A DNA stretch of 59,022 nucleotides from positions 1-59,022 of the IMG/VR virus record IMGVR_UViG_3300037195_000370; one strand, given 5' to 3'. Origin of the DNA: a virus (Duplodnaviria; Caudoviricetes). The notes beneath the pieces were generated by a model. That model ran no database searches. It was not told where the DNA came from and saw only the letters and a list, made by a program, of their open reading frames with translations. The number at the start of each line of letters is the position of its first letter. Positions within the stretch are counted from its first letter, which is position 1. The translations under genes and the position numbers were made by a program. Below are positions 20,192-28,241 of the stretch, piece after piece.

Positions 20192-21718
20192 TTATTGGGC
20201 GTCACGCCCGCTTGGGTTTGTGGTTTGACCCGGAACGTTGTTTTCACCATCTGGATCGTTCGGATCATTAGGCTGGAGAGCCGCACGGTCTCCATCCTTC
20301 TTCTTAGCGAAGACGAAATCTTCGTTCTCCGCTTCTTTTTCTGCTTCAGCGATCTCTTCCTCAAACGTCTTCGTCGTCATACGACGTTTCCGAGAGAGGT
20401 CGTGCATCGATTTGGCAGAAATCGGCCAGCCGAGATTTCTCGCAGTAGCGATCTCGACCATAGTTTGTCCCGTGAGTGGCATTTCGCCGAATTCTTTGTT
20501 CGGAATAACACTGACTTCGCTTGGATCTTCATCCATCCATTCAGCGCAAATCTTCAAAACTTGTTCTAGACCAGCAGCACCAGTATCGGCAATCGTATTC
20601 AAATCTGCGGTCCGAGCCGCCATGCGAATTCGCAAGGAGTCACCAGACTCTCGTTCTCTGCTAACAGAATCAAGAGTCTGGGCTCCCATGCTTCCTGCTC
20701 GCATTTCCAGATTCTCTAGTGCCTGTCGTTGCTCAGAAAGACCAGCGCTCGTCACACCTACATATTTCGCATCACCACCTTGCGGTAGATCAATACGAGC
20801 GCCAGCGCCTACTCGAACCTCGTCTGTTTCGTCCCAACCGCCGCCGATTGTTACGAAAGTATCTTGGCCCTGCATGAAAAGATTCTGGCGATAGTCTGCT
20901 TCGGATCGATAGATCGCCATGCACATATTGCCCAAATCGAGTAGAGGAGGATCGTCAACATCAGGAGTGATATCGCAAGAATTGATGAAGACGAATGGAA
21001 TCTTGTTCAAAGTCCGACCACGCCAAGTCGGTGCAATCAGCTTAGAAGGATCAAAATTAGTCTCGTCGAATACACCTTGCTGATAAAGACCAGAAGTTTC
21101 ATTATCGAGAATATCGCCCATCACCAGAACGCGATACTTCTCTTCTGCAGTCCAAGAAAAGTCGGAATTTCGTTCGTATTCGCTCTCATTGATGACTACC
21201 AGATTGAGCCTTTGGGGAACAATCTGCTCAACTCGCCCATCATCCCAATTGATGATCCTCTCTGGCAAATATGTCGCCAAATACGGAATGTCTTCTCCGG
21301 GTTCAGGATTCGTCGGAAGATCAGCCATCACACCGACTCGTCCAGTCAGTAACTGTTCCTTGTTAATTTTCTGCAGAACGACTTTTAGAGGCTCCCCCAT
21401 GCGACTTGTGATCTTTTCCATCGCCTTTGGAAGCTTGATTTCAGGCGGCTGGGAGTGCATCATGCCCAAAGCCTGCTGAATCGCCTCTCGAGTGAAGTTC
21501 GGGAACCTCGCTCGCATTTTATAGGCCATATAGGCTCGATATCCAAGACTTTCAACGCTATTCAGACCACCATCAGCGATTTGAGAGCTAGTCATCGGCA
21601 AATAAACCGTGTTCTTGCTCTTGACTTGCCGCTCACCCTTATACGCATCACGCATAAGAGTCCAATCTGGCTTCGCCTGAGATGCTTCTGGGTGAATTGA
21701 TGAGAGTATTGTGGGCAT
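20192..21718 (-). CDS. Portal protein (DUF4055 family)
   Basis: 508 aa after TerL; VKSKNTVYLP, IPFVFIN and PPLLDL motifs. Confidence 0.88.
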   Translation of the reverse strand: MPTILSSIHPEASQAKPDWTLMRDAYKGERQVKSKNTVYLPMTSSQIADGGLNSVESLGYRAYMAYKMRARFPNFTREAIQQALGMMHSQPPEIKLPKAMEKITSRMGEPLKVVLQKINKEQLLTGRVGVMADLPTNPEPGEDIPYLATYLPERIINWDDGRVEQIVPQRLNLVVINESEYERNSDFSWTAEEKYRVLVMGDILDNETSGLYQQGVFDETNFDPSKLIAPTWRGRTLNKIPFVFINSCDITPDVDDPPLLDLGNMCMAIYRSEADYRQNLFMQGQDTFVTIGGGWDETDEVRVGAGARIDLPQGGDAKYVGVTSAGLSEQRQALENLEMRAGSMGAQTLDSVSRERESGDSLRIRMAARTADLNTIADTGAAGLEQVLKICAEWMDEDPSEVSVIPNKEFGEMPLTGQTMVEIATARNLGWPISAKSMHDLSRKRRMTTKTFEEEIAEAEKEAENEDFVFAKKKDGDRAALQPNDPNDPDGENNVPGQTTNPSGRDAQ

Positions 21719-21756
21719 AATTCAGAACCTAGCTCATGTCTATAATCTGTGGCAAG

Positions 21757-23289
21757 TCAAAAATGACCAGTCACGGCTCCAGATGACGCCGGAGCTTGAA
21801 CCCAACGGACCAGATAGCGAGTTTCGTCTGCAATATGGTCTTCGGCGTCACTATTTACGTCGTCCATATTCTTCTCGTCTCGAGGAAGCACTGGAACTGT
21901 CTCAAAGAACCACTTACACGACTCACAAACGAACAATCCGGGCCTCTCGCGAGGATAAAGAAGAGTCTCTCCATTGACGACTTTTTTATTCGGATGAGCA
22001 TTTTTCATTCTTTGACGCATCTGATTCCATCCAGTCGCCCTAGAACCCGGTCTTTTGTCTGCTGGCATCCACTTGATTCCAGGATAGCGAAAACCGTCGT
22101 CTAAACGAATCTTCACTTTCATGTCAGTCGCAATACAATTGCCATTTTCAGCCGCAAAAATCTGTGAATCTGCTACTCCAGTCTTCACGCGACACCAATT
22201 ATCACCCAAGCGCCTCCATCCCCACTCTAATTCACGCTTGACGATTCCTTCGGCAATTTCAACCGCGAGTAAATCCAAACCTTCGTTTGGCTTTCCTGTG
22301 CATCCATACCATTCCTTGACTCTGAACACATCTCCGCGAACAGTCGATTTCCAACTCCCGTCGGGGAGCTGGAAGTCACATCCATCAGAGATAGCCCACC
22401 ATCCAACAGAGAAAGGCTTGCTCGCGCCCCAGTCAAAAGATCTAACTATTTTCCACGATTCAGGGATTTCAAAGTCTGGAACCACATTATACTGTGGATC
22501 CCAAACATCGTCAAACATGCCTCCGGAGACGATATCCCAAGAACCTTCCAGCCAAGCCTTCTTCTCCGCTTCATTTCGCGCCGCAGCGGCGATCTTCTGC
22601 TTATAATCCGGATCAGCTTCGAGCAGAGCCTTGTTCTCATCAATATGGCTCATGATCGACAAACGAGGAGGTTCTTTCATCCCATTTTCATCAACGAGAT
22701 CCTTTTGAACCACCATGTTCAACAAATGAGGCTTGAATCTAAATTTCACCCAATTGTGCCCAGGACCATATGGGTTCGTTGTCGACCTGACCATGCGCGG
22801 CATTCCCTTCTGGGAACTCCGACAGCACGACATCATCCTCTTATATCCCTCTTCAGTCGACCAGTTGCAAAGCTCTTCCCAGCCGATCCACGGATACTCG
22901 TGTCCGTGATAATTCCAATAGTCGTCAGGTTTTTGAAACTGGCGAAGCAGAAGCTGCTCCCCCGTCGGCCAAGTCCACACATGCTCCGAATGATTGAATT
23001 TCGCATCCGGCCAAATCTGCGGGAACCATTTCTTCGTCTTCGTGATGACGTCCGTTAGCTGCTTATACGTTTGACGAAAGAGAATGCCTTTCCAGGCAGC
23101 GCCGAAACCCTTTCCAACGTGCATCCCAAAAGACATGAGCAGGCAATCAGTCTTGCCTCCTCCTCGGGTGCCGTGGAATAATACCTCAAAGATAGGCGTG
23201 GATGAAAGGAAGGCCTCTTGCGAGCCTTTCATCGGCCTCCAAATTACATTACTGGGAAATTTTGTATTCATTACAAAGACAGCATTCAA
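21757..23289 (-). CDS. terL: Terminase large subunit
   Basis: Walker A GTRGGGKT, WIGWEEL, TTNPYGPGH, RSFDWG and EDHIADETRY nuclease motif; start may be 23271. Confidence 0.95.
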   Translation of the reverse strand: MNAVFVMNTKFPSNVIWRPMKGSQEAFLSSTPIFEVLFHGTRGGGKTDCLLMSFGMHVGKGFGAAWKGILFRQTYKQLTDVITKTKKWFPQIWPDAKFNHSEHVWTWPTGEQLLLRQFQKPDDYWNYHGHEYPWIGWEELCNWSTEEGYKRMMSCCRSSQKGMPRMVRSTTNPYGPGHNWVKFRFKPHLLNMVVQKDLVDENGMKEPPRLSIMSHIDENKALLEADPDYKQKIAAAARNEAEKKAWLEGSWDIVSGGMFDDVWDPQYNVVPDFEIPESWKIVRSFDWGASKPFSVGWWAISDGCDFQLPDGSWKSTVRGDVFRVKEWYGCTGKPNEGLDLLAVEIAEGIVKRELEWGWRRLGDNWCRVKTGVADSQIFAAENGNCIATDMKVKIRLDDGFRYPGIKWMPADKRPGSRATGWNQMRQRMKNAHPNKKVVNGETLLYPRERPGLFVCESCKWFFETVPVLPRDEKNMDDVNSDAEDHIADETRYLVRWVQAPASSGAVTGHF

Positions 23290-23476
23290 ACTCGGGGGAA
23301 TCTTCGTGAATCGCCATGTAATCCCAATCAGGGCACAAGTGAGCCTTTTTCTTACCCTGCTTATGATAATGCTTGAGAAGAACTTCTTCGTGATCTAAGT
23401 TTTCTGACCAGTTCACGATATGTTCCTTCATATTGACACCTATAGCGAGAAGTTCTTTATGACTATCATGTGGCAC
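23249..23476 (-). CDS. Hypothetical small Cys/His protein
   Basis: HLCPDWD...ECCLC; start is probably 23431 (MKEH). Confidence 0.6.
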   Translation of the reverse strand: MPHDSHKELLAIGVNMKEHIVNWSENLDHEEVLLKHYHKQGKKKAHLCPDWDYMAIHEDSPEFECCLCNEYKISQ

Positions 23477-23594
23477 ATTATCATACGACGATATGCAATA
23501 AAAGCATCACATGTTGTGATCCTAATAAGTCCAGTTTTCTTTTCTATTTTGGTCCAGGTTGATTGTTAGATGGGGTTGGTCGAGCCCCGGCCTG

Positions 23595-23630
23595 CCGCCC
23601 CCAGACGGCCTTTGCCGTGCTTGGGGGCGG
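23595..23630 (-). terminator. GC-rich hairpin closing the TC/GA-free operon
   Basis: CCGCCCCCA...ACGGC-CTTT-GCCGT...TGGGGGCGG, just past the peptide stop; no clear U tail. Confidence 0.45.
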
Positions 23631-23640
23631 GTGTAGTGGC

Positions 23641-23745
23641 CTAGTGCAGCGTGGCTAGCGCGGCCACGGTAGCAACTACCTTGGGCCACGCCATAAGCGC
23701 GGCGGTGGCAACGGCGGCAATTGGCAAAAGCGTATGCATGTGCAT
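23641..23745 (-). CDS. 34-aa hydrophobic peptide
   Basis: MHMHTLLPIAAVATAALMAWPKVVATVAALATLH; has the same CAACACAAGGGGTTT leader/SD as the upstream gene. Confidence 0.6.
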   Translation of the reverse strand: MHMHTLLPIAAVATAALMAWPKVVATVAALATLH

Positions 23746-23806
23746 TGGGCAAACCCCTTGTGTTGGTGGCGGTGGCGCGCGCCGTGTAGCGCGCGCCGTG
23801 GCGGTG

Positions 23807-24175
23807 TTAGCTGCCCTGCACGGGCACAAGGTAGGTTTGCGTAACGGGCCAGCGGGCGTGGGCCATGCAATTGCCGTTGGGCTTTTGGGCGGTGCCAAAG
23901 CCCGCGCTGGGCGCGCGCCCGCCGCTTTGCACCCATGCGTTAAGGCCGCTGGCAAGCGCGGTGGCGTATTGCTGCACGGTAAACCCGCCCTTGTGTTGGG
24001 CGTTAAGTTGGGCGGCAACTTTGTAAAGGTAGCAACGTATGCTATTGCCGCTTTTGTGCTTGGCGGGCCAAGTGGGCGCAAGCTGGTAGCGCGTGGCGGT
24101 GGCCTTTACGGGCGCGGGCGCAGCGGCCTTGGCCTTGGCTTTGGTGTTGGTGTTGGCCTTGGTGTTGGTAGCCAT
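23807..24175 (-). CDS. 122-aa basic protein without Asp/Glu, putative immediate-early factor
   Basis: MATNTKANT...PVQGS; AAGGGG SD; directly downstream of a promoter. Confidence 0.8.
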   Translation of the reverse strand: MATNTKANTNTKAKAKAAAPAPVKATATRYQLAPTWPAKHKSGNSIRCYLYKVAAQLNAQHKGGFTVQQYATALASGLNAWVQSGGRAPSAGFGTAQKPNGNCMAHARWPVTQTYLVPVQGS

Positions 24176-24230
24176 TTTTAAACCCCTTGTGTTGTGTTGG
24201 TGGCGGGCACCATTGCCCGGCCATGTGCTT

Positions 24231-24259
24231 AATGTAGCACCTGGCATGGGGCAAAACAA
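24231..24259 (-). promoter_or_regulatory. sigma70 promoter of the TC/GA-free operon
   Basis: TTGTTT-N17-TACATT with extended -10 TG. Confidence 0.65.
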
Positions 24260-24310
24260 GGGCCAAAGTTGGGCATTTTTGGGGCAAAAATGTGGCGAAA
24301 ATGTGGCGAG

Positions 24311-24420
24311 CGGACCGGAGCGGACCGGAGCGGAGCGGAAAATGAAGAAGAAGATCGGATAGACTCACTCGGTCAAAATCGCTCACTCGGTCAATCGGAC
24401 TCGGTCACTCGGTCAAAATC
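24311..24420 (+). repeat. CGGA(CC)GGAG tandem and (CT)CACTCGGTCA repeats
   Basis: Copies at 24364, 24382, 24399 (partial) and 24405. Confidence 0.85.
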
Positions 24421-24566
24421 TGTCTTCGTTTTCTTCCGCTTGTCGCTCATCAAATGTGGAAAATGAAGATGAAGAAGATTCGTTCGGAGAAGAAAGAAGA
24501 CGAACACACACAGGCTGTCTCGAAAATGAAGATGAAGAAGAAGATTCGTTCTAGTAAGTCAAGGCC

Positions 24567-24767
24567 CTAGAGGACCTTGACCAGCTTGGCATTTCCGAGA
24601 GGACCATCGAGAGAGGAGATACCCTCGAAGAAGTTCTTCTGCTGAAGTCTCTCAACCTCGTTCCTGTGGCGAGGAGGGAGGAATCTGCAGAGCTGACTGA
24701 AGGAAACATCGACGACTTCGATGTGACCATCGTGATACTTGATTCTGACGCGGTAGAGTTCGGACAT
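24567..24767 (-). CDS. Hypothetical early protein
   Basis: GGAGG SD and its own promoter cassette. Confidence 0.75.
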   Translation of the reverse strand: MSELYRVRIKYHDGHIEVVDVSFSQLCRFLPPRHRNEVERLQQKNFFEGISSLDGPLGNAKLVKVL

Positions 24768-24829
24768 GGTAGCCTCCTTGGGTTGCCCTATGCTTGCAAG
24801 GTAACAAGCTGCGATTTAGAATGCAACTC
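24765..24829 (-). promoter_or_regulatory. Promoter-RBS cassette, copy 1
   Basis: TTGCAT-N17-TACCTT ... GGAGGCTACCATG; near-identical to 25325-25393. Confidence 0.75.
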
Positions 24830-24900
24830 TTATTTATCACTGGTTAGACGGAAGTCTTCTTCCAGGTCTTCATTATCCTCATCTTTATCTTCATCCTCGG

Positions 24901-24957
24901 ATTATCTCAATCGGTCATTATCTCAATCGGTCATCCTCAGATTATCTCAATCGGTCA
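24901..24957 (+). repeat. ATTATCTCAATCGGTC x3
   Basis: Units start at 24901, 24917 and 24941; variant of CTCACTCGGTCA. Confidence 0.9.
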
Positions 24958-24989
24958 ACGAAGAAGAAGAAGATGATATCCAGCCCAAG

Positions 24990-25020
24990 GAGAAAGGGCG
25001 AGCCTATCCGAGACTCGCCC
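24990..25020 (-). terminator. Rho-independent terminator
   Basis: GGGCGAGTCT-CGGAT-AGGCTCGCCC-TTTCT after the 25027 ORF. Confidence 0.65.
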
Positions 25021-25026
25021 CCTATC

Positions 25027-25200
25027 TCAGCGAACGTAGATGCTGGGAATCTCAGCACCGAGATTGTTGAACGGCGACTTATTGCGCCGGAATCCAGCGC
25101 CTTGGGCCACGCGAGCCGGACAGACTGTGATCTCGCCACCGTTTTCCAGATACTCGGCAACAACCTTGTTGATGAATTCACGAAGTTCAGACTTGGACAT
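25027..25200 (-). CDS. Hypothetical early protein
   Basis: Start MSKSELREF with GGAGG SD; EYLENGGEITVCP motif common in small phage proteins. Confidence 0.75.
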   Translation of the reverse strand: MSKSELREFINKVVAEYLENGGEITVCPARVAQGAGFRRNKSPFNNLGAEIPSIYVR

Positions 25201-25324
25201 GGTAGCCTCCTTACATGCTGTGAATCCTGAGTATCCAGCGGTAAAAACCAAACCGCCTCTCAGGGCTCACCTTCTTTCCTTCAAGAAGTATAAGCGCCCG
25301 GAGTTGTGGATCTCGCAGCTTTGA

Positions 25325-25393
25325 CATGGTAGCCTCCTTGGGTTGCCCCCCCCATGCTTGCAAGGTAACAAGCTGCGATTTAGATTACAACTC
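25325..25393 (-). promoter_or_regulatory. Promoter-RBS cassette, copy 2
   Basis: TTGTAA-N17-TACCTT ... GGAGGCTACCATG, leading only to a 15-aa ORF. Confidence 0.75.
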
Positions 25394-25448
25394 CTTTTTA
25401 TCTCCATCTTTATCCGGGGAAGAAGAAGATGAAGAATTATCCCCCCAC

Positions 25449-25476
25449 AAAAGGATCGGCGCCGCAGCGCCAATCC
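25449..25476 (-). terminator. Rho-independent terminator
   Basis: GGATTGGCGC-TGCG-GCGCCGATCC-TTTT. Confidence 0.7.
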
Positions 25477-25486
25477 CCATTATCTA

Positions 25487-25831
25487 TTAGGCCAAGCCCA
25501 TTGCCCACCGCATGACGTTGTAGGTAAAGTCTTCAAGCGGGAAAGTGTAGAGGGGCACACCAAGCTCTTCAACATTGTAGCCCTGCTCTTCACAATCCCA
25601 CATATTCACCGTTCTTCCGTCTTCGGCAAGGCTGTAGTAAACACCGACGCCGCTGTTAAACGGATCGGCGCCCCACGCCTGATAAATAAGACGGTTGCCA
25701 GTATCGGGCACAATTTGCGGCGCGCTGGGCGGCCCCTCTTCGGTGGGCACCAGCAAGCAAAGGTTTGCAGCCGCAACGAAGAGTTGCATGGCCTGCTTGC
25801 CGTAAATCGTGTTAATAATGCGTTTATCCAT
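25487..25831 (-). CDS. Hypothetical early protein
   Basis: Start MDKRII (AAGGG SD); upstream TTTTCT-N17-TAGGCT promoter and a downstream terminator. Confidence 0.75.
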   Translation of the reverse strand: MDKRIINTIYGKQAMQLFVAAANLCLLVPTEEGPPSAPQIVPDTGNRLIYQAWGADPFNSGVGVYYSLAEDGRTVNMWDCEEQGYNVEELGVPLYTFPLEDFTYNVMRWAMGLA

Positions 25832-25992
25832 GGCGGTAGCCCTTTCTGTGTTGCCCCACATATACAGCCTAACCCAAGGAAGTTTAGAAGAAAACTCCTA
25901 TTTCTCTCTCTTTTTCTTCGCGTCTTCGTTTTCTTCAATAGAGATGAAGAAGAAGATGAAGATGAGGAAGATCCGACCGACGATCGGACAAA

Positions 25993-26042
25993 CTCACTCG
26001 GTCAATCTTCATCTTCTTCGGACGGACTCACTCGGTCAATCT
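25993..26042 (+). repeat. CTCACTCGGTCAATCT x2
   Basis: Copies at 25993 and 26027, overlapping the TerS 3' end. Confidence 0.85.
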
Positions 26043-26658
26043 GGAGTTGATCCTCGCTCGGCGTTACGTCCTTCATCCTCTTGAACTTAGTTTCCCAATC
26101 CTCGATTGAATCAACTTCGGCTGGCGCGAGAAGAACGCCGCCTGAATGCTTGTGAGAGATCTCCTGTTTTTCTCGGTATCCCTGATCGTGCTTCTTCAGT
26201 TCTAGCTCGATGAGTCGGATTGGGTAGATTGTCTCTTCGGAGACGAGGTTGCCGTTGCGATCATAGCTCTTCTTAATCGTCCCATTGAACACGAGATCTT
26301 GGTGATGCCCAATGAGCTTATCCTTGTATTCCTCCTCAGCGATAAGCAGTGCCTCGGCGAAATCCTCGTCTTTATCGATGTGCGCGCGAACGCACTGAGT
26401 CGATACTCCAGCGGCGGCTGCCGCTTCTCCCATGCGACCCCATTTCCGGTAGACTTCTAGAAAGATCCCCTTTTCTTTATCTCCGAACTTTATCCGGGAC
26501 ATTTTTATCCGACGTCGCCACTCTTTGAGTTCGTCATCCCACTCTTCGACCACCACAGGCTTGGATCCTCTGGTGAGCAACGAGCGCGGACGAGTCCGGA
26601 CATTGTTGCGATCGTAAGTATCTTCGTTGTAGTCGTTGGTCATCATTCTCACCTGCAT
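26002..26658 (-). CDS. Terminase small subunit
   Basis: HTH-like GRMGEAAAAAGVS...DEDFAEAL; C-terminal YREKQEISHKHSGGVL...EDWE; start is likely 26646. Confidence 0.7.
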   Translation of the reverse strand: MQVRMMTNDYNEDTYDRNNVRTRPRSLLTRGSKPVVVEEWDDELKEWRRRIKMSRIKFGDKEKGIFLEVYRKWGRMGEAAAAAGVSTQCVRAHIDKDEDFAEALLIAEEEYKDKLIGHHQDLVFNGTIKKSYDRNGNLVSEETIYPIRLIELELKKHDQGYREKQEISHKHSGGVLLAPAEVDSIEDWETKFKRMKDVTPSEDQLQIDRVSPSEEDED

Positions 26659-26706
26659 TCATGCGAAAAGAAGAGAAAGAAGATCTCCCGCTTTAGACTA
26701 TCCCAC

Positions 26707-26937
26707 ATGAGCCCAAAGAGGACAACCCCTGTTATCTGCCGATTCAGCCTCTGCTATTAGAGTATGGTAAGTCCGCCATCCTATCCTAGACCCATCCCCT
26801 TGTTTTTATTATATTCTTTATACTAATCTATAGATAATTAAGTAATAAAAGGAAAGGCCATACTGGAAGCTGGTAGCAGTAAAACGGAGGAACCCTAGCA
26901 ACTTAAAAACGCGGTGGTAGTTCCTCTTTGGGCTCAT
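26707..26937. promoter_or_regulatory. Divergent control region: 16-bp inverted repeat around an AT-rich core
   Basis: ATGAGCCCAAAGAGGA (26707-22) and TCCTCTTTGGGCTCAT (26922-37); AT-rich at about 26800-26850. Confidence 0.7.
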
Positions 26938-27031
26938 TGTATATAGAAGTGACAAACAGCCCCTTGTCAAACAACGTCTAATTGATATCATATATGGGCC
27001 ACTGGCCACACGTCTAAAAGGAACTATCCTC

Positions 27032-27703
27032 ATGAATAACCCGAAGCTGATCAACCCCTACCAGCCTGAAAGACCACGGCATGACCCGGAGACCGGAGAA
27101 GTTCTGCTGTATCGCACTCGGCCCAAGAGAGGGAAATACAACTTTCATATCCACACCTACGGAAATCAGCTCGCTATGCTCAGCCTCTACCGCGCTGTCT
27201 GTCGTGGAGAGGTTCCGCAGCAGGTTGCGATCAACGATCTATACCAGTGGCTGACTGATGGTGAATTCGGGAAGCGTAATCTCGGCACTGTCGTCGTCAA
27301 TGCTGTTATCTACGAACCTCGCAAGCTCTACAACAATAGGTCTGTCGGCAAGCCCACATCATCCTACGTCTTCCGCAACATGCTGGATCTCCAGTATGGA
27401 TTGGAGTGGATGATCTGCACTTGGTTCCGGAAATACATAAACAAGACCGCGCCTGCTGACGAGCAGATAAACAGCAGAGGCGACATGGCAGAGGAACTGC
27501 GTATGCTCGCAGAGTCGACTGATGACGAGTTCCGAGAGGTTTACGTCTCCGACCTCATGGAGTTTATGATGGAACCCGTGGATTGGCACGAGCAGGCCAA
27601 ACTGAATGGATGGACATGGGAAGAAGTTTTACCTGAAGAAGCTGCGCCAAAGAAAAAGCCCAGGACCCCGCCAAGGGATCTGAGCCTTTTGAACAGCGCG
27701 TGA
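27032..27703 (+). CDS. Hypothetical protein (only convincing plus-strand gene)
   Basis: 223 aa, AAGGA SD, upstream TTGTCA-N16-TATCAT; no competing minus-strand gene. Confidence 0.8.
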   Translation: MNNPKLINPYQPERPRHDPETGEVLLYRTRPKRGKYNFHIHTYGNQLAMLSLYRAVCRGEVPQQVAINDLYQWLTDGEFGKRNLGTVVVNAVIYEPRKLYNNRSVGKPTSSYVFRNMLDLQYGLEWMICTWFRKYINKTAPADEQINSRGDMAEELRMLAESTDDEFREVYVSDLMEFMMEPVDWHEQAKLNGWTWEEVLPEEAAPKKKPRTPPRDLSLLNSA

Positions 27704-27731
27704 GTCATGATACGGAAGGAGTATGCCTCCC

Positions 27732-28241
27732 TCAGATCATCTCCATCAGCAGGCCAACTTGCAGTCGGCAGTCTTCCAGGGCGTTGTGGGTGGGAGCAGT
27801 CCTGGGTTGCGTCCATCCTTTCCGCTTCGCCATCCAGCGCACGGTGCGGAAGTCGAGCTCTTCGCGGTATGACCACGGCACTTCTTCTCCGACGGAAGCG
27901 AAATGACCCTCGAGGATAACGAGATCGAAGGACGGGGAGTTGGCCCACGTCTTTTCTACCGATTGTCCTTCGTAAAGAAGGATTAAGTCACCCACTGAAT
28001 CGGCTAAAGTCACTCGGTCATGAACAACAGTAGGATCATACTGTTGTTCGCGCCACCAGTCCAGCGTCCCAGGCTGCGGACAACGCCCAGTCCGCCACAT
28101 CACATCCATGATATCAACGTGAGCGTGCATGTGAGAGATCTCTTCACCGTCCTCAGGATTGAAAAGCACACAGGCGATTTCAAATAGTGGAGCTTGCGTG
28201 CCGACACCGAGAGTCTCGATGTCAATCATTGCGTGTATCAT
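27732..28241 (-). CDS. 3'-5' exonuclease (DEDDh, DUF5051-like)
   Basis: MIDIETLG, WANSPSFD and HNALEDC motifs. Confidence 0.88.
   Translation of the reverse strand: MIHAMIDIETLGVGTQAPLFEIACVLFNPEDGEEISHMHAHVDIMDVMWRTGRCPQPGTLDWWREQQYDPTVVHDRVTLADSVGDLILLYEGQSVEKTWANSPSFDLVILEGHFASVGEEVPWSYREELDFRTVRWMAKRKGWTQPRTAPTHNALEDCRLQVGLLMEMI

Larger units (their letters stand above)
23605..24297. other. 693-bp island with no GA or TC dinucleotide
   Basis: Read base by base: last GA at 23604-05, next GA at 24297-98, no TC in between. Confidence 0.93.

Noticed and set aside
23522-24386. Alternative overlapping ORFs in the island (23651+, 23641..24081, 23676, 24042, 24093+)
   Set aside because: High GC and the absence of TGA/TCA inflate ORF length; only the 24175 and 23745 starts have the shared SD leader downstream of the promoter.
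24364-24957. Short repeats as a possible CRISPR array
   Set aside because: Units are 12-16 bp, irregularly spaced and have no unique ~30-bp spacers; no cas genes are present.
25606-26084. Acidic/basic low-complexity ORFs over the GAAGAT spacers (also 24666..25070)
   Set aside because: They are translations of low-complexity spacer DNA overlapping better-supported genes, with no RBS.
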